Below are positions 24,141 to 37,539 of a stretch of DNA of 64,000 nucleotides, piece by piece. Below the pieces are notes generated by a model. The model made no database searches and was not told the DNA's origin. It worked only from the letters and a program-made list of their open reading frames with translations. The translations under genes and the position numbers were made by a program. The stretch is taken from NCBI GenBank assembly GCA_035221665.1, contig CM069152.1, positions 26,536,001 through 26,600,000 of the forward strand. Direction: 5' to 3'. Numbering within the stretch: the stretch's first letter is position 1; each line of letters begins with the position of its first letter. The DNA comes from Okamejei kenojei. Taxonomy: Eukaryota.

Positions 24141-25350
24141 GATAACCGATAGACCACCAAACTGAATAATGAAAAGGGAAGTGCTGCCATTTGAGAGAGG
24201 GTGGTGAACACTAGTTAGTTATGGTTGATCAGTCCAGATTTAAGAAGGACGTGAAGGATAACAAAGGAAAGGGAAAAAAAGTGCTGAATTGTGTAGATAA
24301 TACTGCAGTTTCTGCAAATCTGAATTCATAGAAAATACTTGAATGTGGGTCAGACAGGATGTGTGGAGAGAGAAAAAAAAGTTAACAATTCATAGAGATA
24401 CTTTCATGTATGTTTATTAAGGAAAAAATGTCACTCTATTGATCAAGCAAATTAGAATAATTTAACTCAGACACCAAATTAGCAGGGAATCTTGGATATT
24501 ACTAGTTTGCTCCTACAGGTGCCTTGCTACACAGATTCACAAGACTGAATTGAAAAAAATCTCCACGAGTAGTTTAAAATCAAAACATTGCTATACTAGT
24601 TTTAAATAAAGAAAATGTATTTTGTATAAATAAACATCATGAACCCCTTTCCATGGTTTTATATTTATGGTCCTAACCATCCAATATAGCAATTATTCAT
24701 TCAAACCTATCAACATCAAAAAAACTGATTATCTATCTGGTGACTATCACATTGCTGTTTATTGGGGCTTGAAGCATTTATAACTGGCCACCATGTTTCT
24801 CACTTTAGAATAGTTACCATCTAAAGGCTAACTCTAAAGTATGAAAGAGAAGTTGTAACCACAATAACTGCAAGTCTTTCATTTTTAATCTTGTTAATAC
24901 ATGAGAGTTGCTATGAAACAGGCCATTATACATGAACCTAAGCTTCCAGAAAGATTAAACAATACAAACCCACTTTTATCCTATTTGTACAATGTTGATT
25001 TTTGCTTTAGTCCAGAATTAGTCACAATAGGACTAAATTTTCACCATGGTCAAGAGACAATAGCAATTTTGGCACAAACTGCATCTCCAGTCAATTTAGG
25101 TTCTGTTGGGATTGTGTTTAGGGAGAAGGATCTCTCGTCTCTCAAGTACTACATGCCTGAATGGAAATTTAAGATACAGGAAGGGTCCAACTGTATTGGC
25201 TCTAGACTCTCTCTATTAGGGGCCTGACTGTTAGGGTGGGAATGGGATTGAAGTTGATAAAATGTTCTTTGCAGTGTCAGTACAAAAGAGAGATGGCAGG
25301 TTACAAAATGCAGTCGAGCTCATTGAGAAGTGAATCAATGTCTGTTGAGT

Positions 25351-25565
25351 GTAGAAACGAGGAACTGCAGATGCTGGCTTACACAAAAGGACACAGTGCT
25401 GGAGTAATTTCGCAGGTCAGGCAGCATCTCTGGAGAATGTGGATGTAAGACATTTCAAGTCGGGACCCTTCCTCAGACAGAGGAAGAGTTCCTACCCAAA
25501 AGGCCACCTATCCATTTTCTCCCGAGATGCTGCTTGACCCGCTGAGTTACCCCAGCAGTTTGTAG
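25351..25565. mobile_element. Penelope-like pLTR-derived fold-back repeat
   Basis: Inverted arms. Flanks ctgttgagtgt (25342) and ctgttgaatgt (25566). Confidence 0.78.
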
Positions 25566-25653
25566 CTGTTGAATGTTCTTCTACTACATTTTTAATGCAT
25601 TACCAATATAATAATTCTTATGTTGTAATGATTTAAGGCAAATTAGAACTCAC

Positions 25654-25852
25654 AGTTTGGTGATATCATGTTCTCCATACAGCCAGCCATCCTTTTGTTC
25701 TGGTATTAGAAGTGTTAGTACATCCCCTTCTGCAAAGCTCAACATATTCTTGTTATTTCCTGCAGTGTGTGGAAAAATGCTTTTCACTTTTGGCCTTTGA
25801 ACCATGTTCAGTCCAGTTGCAACAGAAATGGATCTTGATAGACCGATATCCT
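25654..25852 (-). CDS. BAIAP2L1: BAIAP2L1 coding exon (exon 10 equivalent), SH3 domain
   Basis: 199 nt, tttctacag|AGGATA...CAAACT|gtgagt. Translates (E)[65 protein letters not shown](L), an IRTKS-type SH3. Phase 1/2. Confidence 0.97.
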
Positions 25853-26476
25853 CTGTAGAAAAAGTACATTAAATTCATTACTGCAAGATTTTTTTAATAC
25901 TGATATCATACCATTGCAACAAATTCAATTATTTAACTATAATTCATTCAGGGCAATCAAACTCTAAACCTCACAAGTTAGTTAAAAGCAGCAGTATGAA
26001 TTTATGCAACATGTTCACTTGGCTTGCAATTAAAAGTTTTATAATATATTTTTTAAAGAAAATGAAAAGTAGAAATTCACAATCCTTAAGTTATACCTTA
26101 AACGTTTCTGTGCAATTACTTTGTAGAATGAAACGAATAAGCCAAATTTTATTTCAGATAGTTCAAGAGTTTTAAGATGTCTTAGTAAAAGGTATGGTGT
26201 ACTTTAATTTAATTTTCCAGCACGAGGAAGTTTTTATCTTCCATGTTCTTCAACATATACACTAGAAGTCACTGAGCTAACTTCCTGCAAATTAAATCCA
26301 CTGCTCCAAAATCATAAAGAAACCAACAGTGATTCCATCCAGCAGAATATTAACATCTCCAGTTATCCAAAACTGCAAGATTTACTTTAAAAAACAAATG
26401 TTAAGCAAATGATCACCCCCGAGAGGTAATCTTGCTTCACTTAATACCAATTGAAATAATCTTGCATGATGTAATG

Positions 26477-26668
26477 TGTAGGAAGGAACTGCAGGTGCTG
26501 GTTTATACCGTAGACACAAAAAGCAGGAGTAACTCAGCCGGTTAGGCGGCATCTCTGCAGAAAAGAGGTGACCTTTAAGGGTCAGAATGTTGTAATGTTT
26601 GAAAATGGGGTTCTGAAATGTCACCTGACCTGCTGTTACTCCAGCTTTTTGTGTCAATTTTCTAGTAT
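26477..26668. mobile_element. Penelope-like pLTR-derived fold-back repeat with 10-bp TSD
   Basis: tgatgtaatg at 26467-26476 and 26669-26678. Arms gacacaaaaagcaggagtaac / gttactccagctttttgtgtc. Confidence 0.78.
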
Positions 26669-26906
26669 TGATGTAATGCAGGTAAATTGTAAAATAAATT
26701 CAACAGTCATTATGCAGATTGAACCAGCACATATTCAGTCCCTCAAGATCAACAAATCTCTCACTGGTAATTAGAGATTAGTAATCAATGGTTGATATGC
26801 AGGTTTGCATGGAAATGCACAGATCACATTAATAATGGTTCAAGTAGACAAGCTTGCTTAGATTCTATTGGTACTAAGGGGGTATTTATTAAATTCCACT
26901 CCTTAC

Positions 26907-27048
26907 CTGTGGATTCGGTATTTCTTTCAATCGGGGCAATGCGCTGTGCATTTGGGTGATTGAACATATCTGGCAGAGGACTTTTCTGAATTCTTCCAGG
27001 AGGAGCTGGTGGTATTTTTATATTGTTCTGTAATGTAGGATCATGTAC
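26907..27048 (-). CDS. BAIAP2L1: BAIAP2L1 coding exon (exon 9 equivalent), proline-rich linker
   Basis: 142 nt, ggttttccag|GTACAT...CCACAG|gtaagg. Translates VHDPTLQNNIKIPPAPPGRIQKSPLPDMFNHPNAQRIAPIERNTEST (cf. human [22 protein letters not shown]). Phase 0/1. Confidence 0.92.
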
Positions 27049-28791
27049 CTGGAAAACCATTATCATTATCTTCTTGCTTACTTAAAATAGTTTGGTATAT
27101 CTTCATTAAAACATTTCTGGTTGGGGTATTTCTTTCTTCTACACATGTTAAACATCAAGGGCCTGATTGACATCTTGTTAAAATATGGGAGCTTGGTCAC
27201 CTTTACTTAGACATTATGCATGCTAAAGTGTATTTTATTATAGTGACATCTGACCATGATAACAAGACCCATCTGTATTACATTAATAACTGGGAAAATA
27301 AATAATGGTATTATTAGAAACTAACAAGAACACGATAATTTAATATTAATGAGCTAACATCACTCCTTAGGATTAGTGCCTGCCTCATTAGGCCCCAGGA
27401 TTTGTTTAGAGAATAAAGTGTAATTAAATTTAAGGAAGCCTTCTGTAGTTTAATAGTGAGGGGCGAACATGATCTGTACCACAGAAATACCAGAATGAAA
27501 AACAAACAAGACACCGATTTGTTTTGCCAAATGCATTCAACCACAAAAGTATGCTTTTGCCTAAAAACATTCTCTTCTTCTATTTTCCAATTTTCCATTT
27601 AAAATCCTACAGAATTTCATAGCAACTAAAATTTCACAGGAATTTGTTTTAAACTGTGCAACTAATTATTTGAGAATCAATCTTCTTTTCTATCTATAAC
27701 CCCGCTGTCTCTTTCACAGGTCTTGAATTGTAAAGCACCATCACACCATTGTGATTTGTAGCATTAACTAGAAATGTTTGGTCAAATATTTATTTTGAAC
27801 TGAGAATTTCCCATGAGAATTTGACATGTTATTGAAAATAACCAGCCCTAATTACAGGAAAAAGTTATTAAAAGTTATTATGTATGCCTGAAGATTTGAT
27901 TGTTTTGAACAAGCAAAATAATATGTTTAAAGATCCTACGAATAAAGAAATTTATTTCAAGTTCTGTATGGTGGATGAAAATTTTCTACTCGGAATTACT
28001 CAGTGTTCAGAGAATTCAGAAGCTATTTTTAACAACATCATCCAAAACAGAGCTTTGAATCGCATTTGGAAATCAGGAAATTAAGTTTTCCTTAAGCTCT
28101 GTCCCACAAATTGTATCTTTACACAATTCCAAGACGTTAAACAAAGAAAGAAAATAACTTTTCCATGATTATTACATTAGTTGCAAGTGGAGAAAATAAA
28201 GTTTTACTCATTTCATGCAGTCAGAATAAAATAATCACCTTCACCAAAAGAGAAAAGATAATTATGATTCCCCTGTTACTATCTATCCTATAAAGTACCT
28301 GTGCGGATACTGGGCAAGAACAACTAATCTATGAGCTACTTGCTTACAACCATTTTTTATAATAATGCATGAAGAACTCAAAAAGATGGGAAAGCATGAT
28401 TTTTTTTTCACAAAACCTTACCTTCAACTTTTCTCAGTGTCCGACTATAATGTATTCAATAACAATGTCTAACTTATTTCTGTGGCAGATGTTAAGCTAA
28501 CTGGTTTGTAGTTTAGAATACAAAGGACATGAATAAGCAATGTTTCAGGTCAGGACCCTTCTTCATCCTTCTTTGAAATGTCCTCTTTTCTGTCTTTGTC
28601 TCATTTTGAACTAGCCAAATGGAACATAAAACCCTTTGAGCCTGTCCTACCATTCCATATTCACTCCTAATTCTAAAGGATAAAAATAAAATATGGAAAA
28701 TATACTGTTATTTGGGATTTTATAATTACATGTATAAGAAAGATATTTTAATAAACATTTCCCTCCTCTCTTGCCAAAGTCAGCTACTCAC

Positions 28792-28944
28792 AGAGTATCT
28801 TCCTATCATTGGAGAAGGTTGAGGAGTTTTGGATGGATATGATGGGAAGCTGCTATCATCTTCATTCAAGAAGTCCGGCACATTTGTGGCATCCAAGCAC
28901 TTATCCTGCCAAATATTTATTTTGGCACGAAGAAGTCCATTGGC
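28792..28944 (-). CDS. BAIAP2L1: BAIAP2L1 coding exon (exon 8 equivalent), end of IMD plus linker
   Basis: 153 nt, ttcacttag|GCCAAT...TACTCT|gtgagt. Translates ANGLLRAKINIWQDKCLDATNVPDFLNEDDSSFPSYPSKTPQPSPMIGRYS (WQxxCxDA..VP and TPQxSPMI as in IRTKS). Confidence 0.92.
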
Positions 28945-29316
28945 CTAAGTGAAAACATTATGTAATGGTCATTAGATGGAAATTATAATTTCATTTTCAT
29001 AAAAGCACCTCAAAGTACAAGGAAAGGATGGGTTAGTTTATAATTAGTGCAGTGCAACATACTACACCTATGCATTTTAATCATTACCATTTCTCAGCCT
29101 GTGCTTCACGGCATAAACTCTGTTCCCTTGTCACCATTTCCATCCCTAGTTATTGTCTGAAGCCGGACCAGATTGCTGGCATATTAGCGTTTTGTGTTTG
29201 ATCCAAAATGATATCTCAACCATGCACTCGCTTGAATACCAGACTAATTTCCACCTCCATAATGTTTGGACTCTGATTCTATCATAGGTCATCTATTGCT
29301 GAAAATCTCACTTTGT

Positions 29317-29692
29317 TAGTTTAGTTTAGAATTAGCATGGAAGCAGGCCCTTCGGCTGACCGAGTCCATGCAGACAACCAATTACCCAATCAGACTTCTA
29401 ATTCCAGTTCTACGTTATCCCACTTTTCCCATCCATTCCCTATACATTAGGGGGGTATTCTACAGTTCAGTTTAGATTATCGCCACATGTACATTGTTAA
29501 GCTTTTGTCGTGAGCCAATTAACCTACAAACACGCATGTCTTTGGCTTGTGGGAGAAAACTGGAGCACCTGGAGGAAACCCACACACTCACAAAGTCCAA
29601 ACTCCATGCAGACACGACCAGAGGACAGGATTGAACCCATGTCTCTGGCGCTGTGATGCAGCAGCTCTATCGGGTACATTACTGTGCCACCC
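29317..29692 (-). mobile_element. HE1-like V-SINE
   Basis: (TTAGT)n tail, V-domain and tRNA-like head (actgtgccacc) in reverse orientation. Confidence 0.78.
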
Positions 29693-29948
29693 ACAATTCT
29701 AGACTTACTTCTAATGCTCTCCTGGTCAGCTACCGATCTTATCGCAGAATCTCATCTCGCTGGAAATGCCATTTGCAAACACATATATTGGCTCTCAATC
29801 CAACAATAGTGCAGAAGAAAACATGAATTTTGGCTATTTTCTGTTCCTTACAGTAATAATGGTTCAAATTTTGAACATCATTTTAATGCTTTCCAATACA
29901 TATTAACACAGAAAAATTCAATTGTTTCACAATTATTTATATACAGAC

Positions 29949-30101
29949 CTTTTCATGGTAATTGCTTAGGTCTTGGGAAAAAATGCAATGCTTGTCCACT
30001 AGGAAGCAGAACCGTCTTTTTTCTTCAAGTAATGCCTCTTTGCAGCCATCAGTGATGAACCTCTGAATGTCACTTTCCCTCGTACTGATAGTTGCTAGAA
30101 A
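29949..30101 (-). CDS. BAIAP2L1: BAIAP2L1 coding exon (exon 7 equivalent), IMD domain
   Basis: 153 nt, ttgcttccag|TTTCTA...GAAAAG|gtctgt. Translates [51 protein letters not shown], containing the IMD signature [17 protein letters not shown]. Confidence 0.97.
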
Positions 30102-30333
30102 CTGGAAGCAAAAGACCCAAATGTTCCTTCATAAAATATATAGCAATTTCTACCAGATTACAATTATTCCTTCCTGGTTTCTCCCAAAATCAAGTTCTTA
30201 AATTTATTGCCACATTTATTATATCAGAATTACTTTTAATGCAAGTTTATTTATTTCTAAAACAGTACTCTGAATAGTCGAATTAAAAAAAATATTCCCA
30301 ATATTTGGCTATGTTTCAGAAGCCAAAGATTTT

Positions 30334-30635
30334 GGGACGGCAAGGTGGCTTAGCAGTGGAGTTGCTGCCTTACAGCGCCGGAGACCCTGGTTCGATCCCG
30401 ACTAAGGGTACTGCCTGTAAGAAGTTTGTGCGTTCTCCCCGTGACTGCATGGGTTTTCTCCAAAATCTTTGGTTTCCTTCCACACTCCAAAGACATACAG
30501 GTTTGTAGGTAAATTGACTTGGTGTGAGTGTAAATTGTCCCCAGTGTGTGTAGGATAGTGTTAATGTACGGGGATCTGTGTGGACTCGGTGCGCCGAAGG
30601 CCCCATTTCCACACAGTATCTCTAAACTAATCTAA
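30334..30635 (+). mobile_element. Near full-length HE1-like V-SINE
   Basis: A box tggcttagcagtgg, B box ggttcgatccc (about 30389), V-domain, CR1-type tail ending ctaaactaatctaaa. Confidence 0.9.
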
Positions 30636-30911
30636 ATTTTAAAATACCCCCAAACTGGCTATTGAAAATGGAACAGTGTGAAAACACAAGGGATCATGAG
30701 GGATAATCAGAGATCAATTTCAGATTAAAATATTGCTCTCTCAGGCATAGGAACTCATTAGGAATAAAGACAATTTAACCTGCAGTTATAAACAAAACAG
30801 CAATAATTTAGTGGCTTTACCCAATTATGTTTTTATTTTGTTGTCAATGCATGAAAGATTATCATGTCATACATACATGTCAGAAAAATAACAGTGAAAA
30901 TTCTACCATAC

Positions 30912-33129
30912 ATGGGTTAAGTTACTATATACCAAGCCAACAGCTAGAATATGAATAAACCAAATGTTAACAACTAAATTTAACTTATCCCGAGGCTGCA
31001 GACAAGGTTGTCCTTTATCTCCACTACTGTTTGCACTTGCAATAGAACCACTAGCAAAATCCGTGAGATTACATCCTGAAATATACGGGTATGAAACTAA
31101 AGAAACTGAAAATAAAATCTCTTTATACGCAGATGATGTATTACTTTATATTACAAAGCAGGAAATTAGTATTCCTAACTTATTAGATTTAATAACTCAA
31201 TTTGGATTGTTTTCAGGATATAGAATTAATTGGAATAAAAGTGAACTTATGCCAATAATGGGAAATAACTTACATATATTACAATAATATCCTTTTAAGA
31301 TAGCAAATGAAAAAATCAAATATCTTGGAATTTATGTAACAAAAAGATATGATTCTTTATTTAAATCTAATTTCCCACCCTTATTGAATAAACTACTTAA
31401 GAATATCCTATATTGGAAAACATTACCTATTTCAATGCTAGGTAAAATTAATGCGATAAAAATTATTTTTCTTCCGCAATTATTATACCCGTTTCAACTG
31501 ATCCCGATATATCTTCCTAAAATTTTTTTTAAGAATGTGAACTCTATAGTTACCAATTTTATTTGGGATTATAAGAACTATAGAATAATTAAAAAACATC
31601 TATGTAAATCAAAAATGAATGGAGGTTTTGCATTGCCTAATTTTATGTTTTATTACTGGGCAGTTAATATAAAAAATATGAATTTTTGGTTGGAAGAAGT
31701 AGATAAACAACCAAACTGGTTAAAAATGGAAAAGGAAGACTGTTCACCTTTTGAAATTAGCTCAATTTTATTTGCTAACACTAAAATACATAAGAAAATT
31801 TATAGAGGAAACCCAATAATAGAAAGTGGTATACGTATTTGGAAACAATTAAAGAAAACATTAAAATTACAGGGTATACCACTGGCTCTTCCAATTGTAA
31901 ACATTACTTTTAAACCTTCATTGATGGGTAAAGGTTTTTTTTAAATGGAAGAACTATGGAATAAATAAGATGGGTGTCTCTACAGGGAAAGTTTATTTCT
32001 TTCATTTCAGGAATTACAACAAAATTATGGATTACATTCAAAAGAGTACTTTAGATATCTACAAATTAGAGATTATGTTAAATCAAATACACCAGATTTT
32101 AGGAATAGAAAGACAGAAATTTTAGATGAATGTCTAAATAAACATCCGAATACAGAAACATTAATATCATATATTTATAATATCTTACAGGAAAATTATT
32201 TACCAAATACGGAAAAATATAGACAAGCATGGGAAAACGAATTAGGTCAAACAATTAGTGTAGAAGTATGGAATGAAAGTTTACAACATATACACCACTG
32301 CTCATTAAATGCCAGACACTCCTTGATACAATTTAAAGTTTTACATAGATTACACTTCTCAAAATCCAAAATAAACAGATTTTTTTCAAATGTTTCTGCA
32401 ATATGTGATAAATGTCAGCAGTTAGAAGCTAATCTAACGCATTCATTCACAAAAAGTACAAAAATTACTAATTTTTGGACAGAAATCTTTAAGATAATCT
32501 CGAATGTAGTTAATGCAAATTTAACTCCAGACTCAAAATTAATCATATTAAGAATATTAGAAATGGATCAGCTACTAACACAACAAATAATTTTTATTGG
32601 TTATAGTTTAATAATTGGTAAAAAATTAATACCAAGATTTTGGAAAGGTCCCACATCCCCCACAATCAAAATATGGATTACAGAAATGTCGGAGACACTT
32701 CACCTGGAAAGATTAACACTTGTCCTAATGGACAGGCTAGATCAATTCAGAGGAATATGGTCTCCATTTATTGAATACTTAAAGGGTTAAGGTGGTCCGG
32801 TTCGAGGCCCTGACTGAAGCCTGAATGAAGGAATAGATGAAGAATTATATACAATAGATCATGAATATATCTCCAATGAAGAATATCTTGTTTAATACTC
32901 CTCATTTTATTGATTTTTTATTTCTATCTTATTTCTCTTTCTTTTTATTATTTCTCTTTACTTCCTACTGTTATAAAATAATAAAAAATATAGTATAAAT
33001 AAGAATGACTGTAAATTTTAAAAATATTAAGAATGTATGTGACGAATAATATGTTTCCTTTTTTTTCGATTTTATATTATTTCTTCTTAATATGCATTTA
33101 CTTCTAATAAAAATTTTACAAAAAAAAAA
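30912..33129 (+). mobile_element. 5'-truncated L1-clade LINE (RT and C-terminal ORF2, 3' UTR, poly(A)), with stops and frameshifts
   Basis: ORF pieces with RGCRQGCPLSPLLFALAIEPL, LYADD, GGFALPNF..YYWA, IQFKVLHRLH..CDKC. AATAAA at 33106 and an A tail. TSD tctaccatac at 30902-30911 and 33130-33139. Confidence 0.95.
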
Positions 33130-34904
33130 TCTACCATACCTCCACACGTTAATTTGGATATGATTTCTAGGCTGTTACTCCTATCTGTGATCTATTAATA
33201 GAACCGATTTGTAGGCAAGGTGCACACTTTCCAGTTCTTGGTTTCTCTTCAAGGACAAATAGATGACAGTGACGCAAATCTGCACCCTCTTTATAAAATG
33301 GCATGTTTCATACATACATTTTTTTAAATTAAGCTACACTTCAACAAAATGTGATCAATACGAAGTTATGAACTTAAAAATTCTAAAAATCTGAAATTGT
33401 GCTTAATTATCAAAAACATAATTTGATGCATGATGCAAGATTACATAATAATAAACAAATTGGTCACCATGCATCTCCTAAATGAACTATCCAAACTCTT
33501 GCTCTATACAAATAGTAAACCCGTAGAGCTGGGCAGAATTCAATCAATAGTAATCTGTAAACAATATGCATTAGTTAACTTTATGTCTTGCCATAACGGC
33601 AGGGCTTCTGCCTAAGGATACAGTCACTTGTCTATTTTTAAAATGACAGTCTTAGCATTCATACTACAGAAAAAAAAAGTATACACATAATATTGAATGT
33701 GCTCAAATTGCATTTAGTTTAATAGACATCATATACTAAAAGAAAACACATTGAAATAGTCAAGGAATTGAAAATTTGATCATTCCCCTGTTCTAGCTGC
33801 AAAAAAAATCTAAATAAAATTGCGTAAAAAATGTTTAACCAAAAGCTATATCAATTTGGTAAGACGAGCAATCCTCACACTGTCTCAATAGAGAGTAACT
33901 ATACTTGGTATCCCTTTGTTTTTGTTCTTCTTATTCTCCTGTTGTGGGCGTTACTGGTATTTATCGCCCATCCCTAGCTGCGGTTGAAAAAGTGACAATC
34001 ACACCCTGAATAGTCACCTTCAACATCATCACTACCCCACCCTTGCCTATACTCATAATTGTGGGTTTCATGGGTGGGGAAGTAAAAAATATTAAAATTG
34101 ATCTTGTGCATTTGGCAAGCGTATCTGGATATAAAAGTAGGAAGTGAATGAATGGCAATTACAATTACATTCTATATAGTCATCAAAAATATTCAAATAT
34201 ATTAGGAAGGAAGCAAACTGAATGTGCAGCATTAAATTAAAACTTCACAATTACACATATTGGAGGCCGAATTTAAAAAAAGTTATTTCACATGTTGCTA
34301 TTCACAAAGAGTTGCATGTTGACAATGTTCATTTACAATGTATAATTACAATGTACTACAGAAAAATTCTGAACAAAATATGTACATAATTACAGCATTA
34401 GAAACTTGCAGGCCAAGAGGATGACATTTGATCTATTCTGCTCTTTGAATAATCATTTTAATGCAATATACAAGCTTTATCCCAAACACTGCAAGTATAT
34501 TTAGTTGAAGTACATTTCGGAATTTCACTTGGGAGTTAAAGGAAAGTTTCTGCAATTTTTCTCATAATACACTCCAAATCAGAACAATCCCACATGGAGA
34601 AAATAAATAAATAATAATTTTACCGTTAAACCTTTTATCTTCTTATCAACTCAGAGGAACCTATTTCTCCCTGTCAATACAATCCTCAATTAGAAACCCT
34701 ATAATCCTGTCTACTTTAAGGAGACAATTTACAATTTCTCCCATCTCACAATGTAATTGAAGGTCTTGTAATTGAAAAAATTGCTGGACAACTCTTTAGA
34801 CCTTCACTGATATGGTGCTCAGTAGTCCAATGGAGCCTTAGCTAGTGATTAGTGTAGTGCACAACTACTTTGATTTTGTATTCATTCCCCCAATTTACAA
34901 ATGC

Positions 34905-35315
34905 TCACAGAGTGCTGGGGTGGCTCAGTGGGTCAGGCATCATCTCAAGAGAAAATGGATAGGTGACATTTTGGGTCAGGATCCTTCAGGAGAAATTCTT
35001 CAAAGTAGGCATACTTTAAGGAGATTTTGCTGTGGGCAGTGGAATGTAGAAACGGGAAACTGCAGTTGATGGTTTACAAAACAGAGTGCTGGAGTAACTC
35101 AGGCAGCATCTCAGGAGAACATGGAGAGGCAGTGATGTTTCTAAAAATGTCTACTTTGAAGATGTTCTCCTCAGAATGCCTACTTTGAAGTTCTGTTAAA
35201 GAACACTCCCGCTCCAAATGCCACCTTTCTATGCTCTCCAGAGAAGCTGCCTGACCAGCTGAATTACTCCAGCACTGTCTTCTGTAAACCAGCATCTGCA
35301 GTCCCCTATTTACAA
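34905..35315. mobile_element. Cluster of Penelope-like pLTR fragments including a fold-back
   Basis: Same gtgctggagtaactcag...gcagcatctc arms in both orientations. Confidence 0.7.
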
Positions 35316-36691
35316 AGCCAAGTACTGTACTTCATAAGATTCAATTGCTTTATCAATTTGGACTGGTATTTTGAACCATGAAGATGCAACTCCAGATCCT
35401 TCTATTTTTATACTGCCCACCTGTGGCTTAGTGGAAGACTTCTCATCCAAATCTGAAGGTCGTGGATGCAAGCTTAAATCCAGCGAAATGTTGCCTTAAT
35501 ACAGCACTGAGGGAGTCCTGCAGTATTGTTGCTCAACTGCTGTCAGGATAATGTAAATAACCTCATTTTGAACAGCAGATACCCCTCAATCAATGCATTT
35601 AAAAATAAATTTCTAGTCATTAAATAGCTGTCATAGCCAAGGCTTCCATTTACAAATTATATGTCATACTTCCTAAACTGTGAAACATTTAGAATCATAA
35701 GTGATTTTGAAATGTAATCATGTAATTGATTACATTTTAAAAGTTCAAGCCCCTGGGTGAGTTGGACAGAAGGGCCTGTTTCCACGCTGTATGACTCTAT
35801 GACGGACTTTGAATTTGTGCTCTTTATACCTATCCAGGTCATTTCTGATGGAATGTAGTAACAAATCTATAGACTGGCTCTAGCAATGGCAGGTTTGTCA
35901 CTGGGAGGAGAGTTAAGGTCAAATAGTTCTGTATTATGTAGATTTCAGAAGAATGAGAGATCTCATTGAAACTTTCCAAATTCTTTAAAGGCCTGGCTCA
36001 TGAACAAGAAACATCTACTTTCCTCAATGATTGTTGCTTCGTCTGAAAATTTCCAATATTTCTAATTATATCAGATTTGCAGCATTTAGCTTTACTCAGA
36101 AAGCTGCTTACCAACAGTAGCCAGAAAAGTGATTACAAAGAAAAGACTGCTTTGATTACAATAAATAATTGCAATCCTATAGTGTCAGATGGTTTGTGGT
36201 TTCAGGTAGCAGACGTATTGTTATTTGCACCACAGATGACTAATGTGAGAATTCCACTGTACCACTACAACACAATTCATATTCGCCTCACATGACAGAA
36301 TTTTATTCATCCAGTGTCTGAGAAACACCGGTACATTCTTCCATTTTCACCATTCACAAGAAATGTATTTTAGTTTTAGTTTAAATCTCAAACTAGTCAG
36401 ATACCATCCTTACTTGATGCCCATACATTTTCCAACAATTGGTCATCACATGCTTCTTTACCTCAGGCATACTTATTTTCAATGTTCACACTGTTGCCCT
36501 GACTGAAAATCACATGCAATTCATAATTAAAGAATGTACAATGGTAAAGTGCATCCTAGAAATAAACCAGTATTAGTCATGTACGAAAGGAGCAAGACAG
36601 AGGAAAGTTAATACATTAGACTCTAAATAATCGTGGACGAAGATGGGAGAGCAAGTCTTGTTAGACATTCAATCATGGACTTAACACCTAC

Positions 36692-36829
36692 CTCCATTTC
36701 TTTATTTTCATATTTGTAAGCATTTTTCGTTCCTTGACTTTTCCTTCGAAGTTTCTTGAGTTCTGCTTGAGACTTTTCCAGGGAATCTAATTTAGTTCTG
36801 TGTTCTGTTTGGTACTTTTTAAGGGTTGC
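36692..36829 (-). CDS. BAIAP2L1: BAIAP2L1 coding exon (exon 6 equivalent), IMD domain
   Basis: 138 nt, ttcttgcag|GCAACC...ATGGAG|gtaggt. Translates [46 protein letters not shown] (inside ORF 36623..36835), closer to IRTKS than to IRSp53. Confidence 0.96.
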
Positions 36830-37539
36830 CTGCAAGAAAATTTCAACATATTAATCTGCATGCCTTGAATGGCCAATTTATTATAATATCTTGCAGGGCA
36901 TTGGCAGAGAATTTAAAATTGCTGAAGTTCTTAAAGGGATTCTAACCTAAACGCTAGCCTAATTCACCAAACTTAAATTCAGATAAGCACTTAAGAGTCA
37001 GAGAGAGATACAGTGTGGAAACAGGCCTCTTTGGCCCAACCTGTCCCACACCAGCTACACTAGTCCCACCTGCCAGTATTTGGTCCATATCCTTCCAAAC
37101 ATGTCCTATTCATGTCTAATTGTTTCTTAAATGTTGGGATAGTCCCTTCCTTTTATTTCAACTTCAGACAGTTATTGCTGATCTTGGCTATTGTTACCCT
37201 TTGTTTTTCATATAAAATGATCACATCTGAGAATTAAGTTGTGTAGCACTCCAATAAACAGATGTATCTTCCTTTTTTAAAGAGGATATTCTGAGATAGG
37301 TACATGGATTGAAGGTTTATATTATTAAAGTATGTTTTAGACTGTTTTTCTGTCATAGTTGTAGTAATAAGAATACACATAGGAAAAATGAATATGCTAT
37401 CTAGCACTTTTGTCTATTTAGGCATTCATTAAGATCATGGCTGACCCATCACTTTCCTCTATATCCTTGCTGCCCAATATACCCTGACGATAACAAAATA
37501 GGAATTACATTTTCCTGACAGTTCTAAGGGCAAGCCATG

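Noticed and set aside
30334-30410. tRNA-like A/B boxes as tRNA genes (also at 3545 and others)
   Set aside because: They continue into the V-domain and LINE-like tail, so they are SINE heads, not tRNAs.
30964-32790. L1 ORF pieces as a functional or domesticated reverse transcriptase
   Set aside because: 5'-truncated inside the RT domain and broken by stops and frameshifts.
36692-36829. Calling the gene BAIAP2 (IRSp53) or BAIAP2L2
   Set aside because: Diagnostic residues ([55 protein letters not shown]) follow IRTKS/BAIAP2L1.
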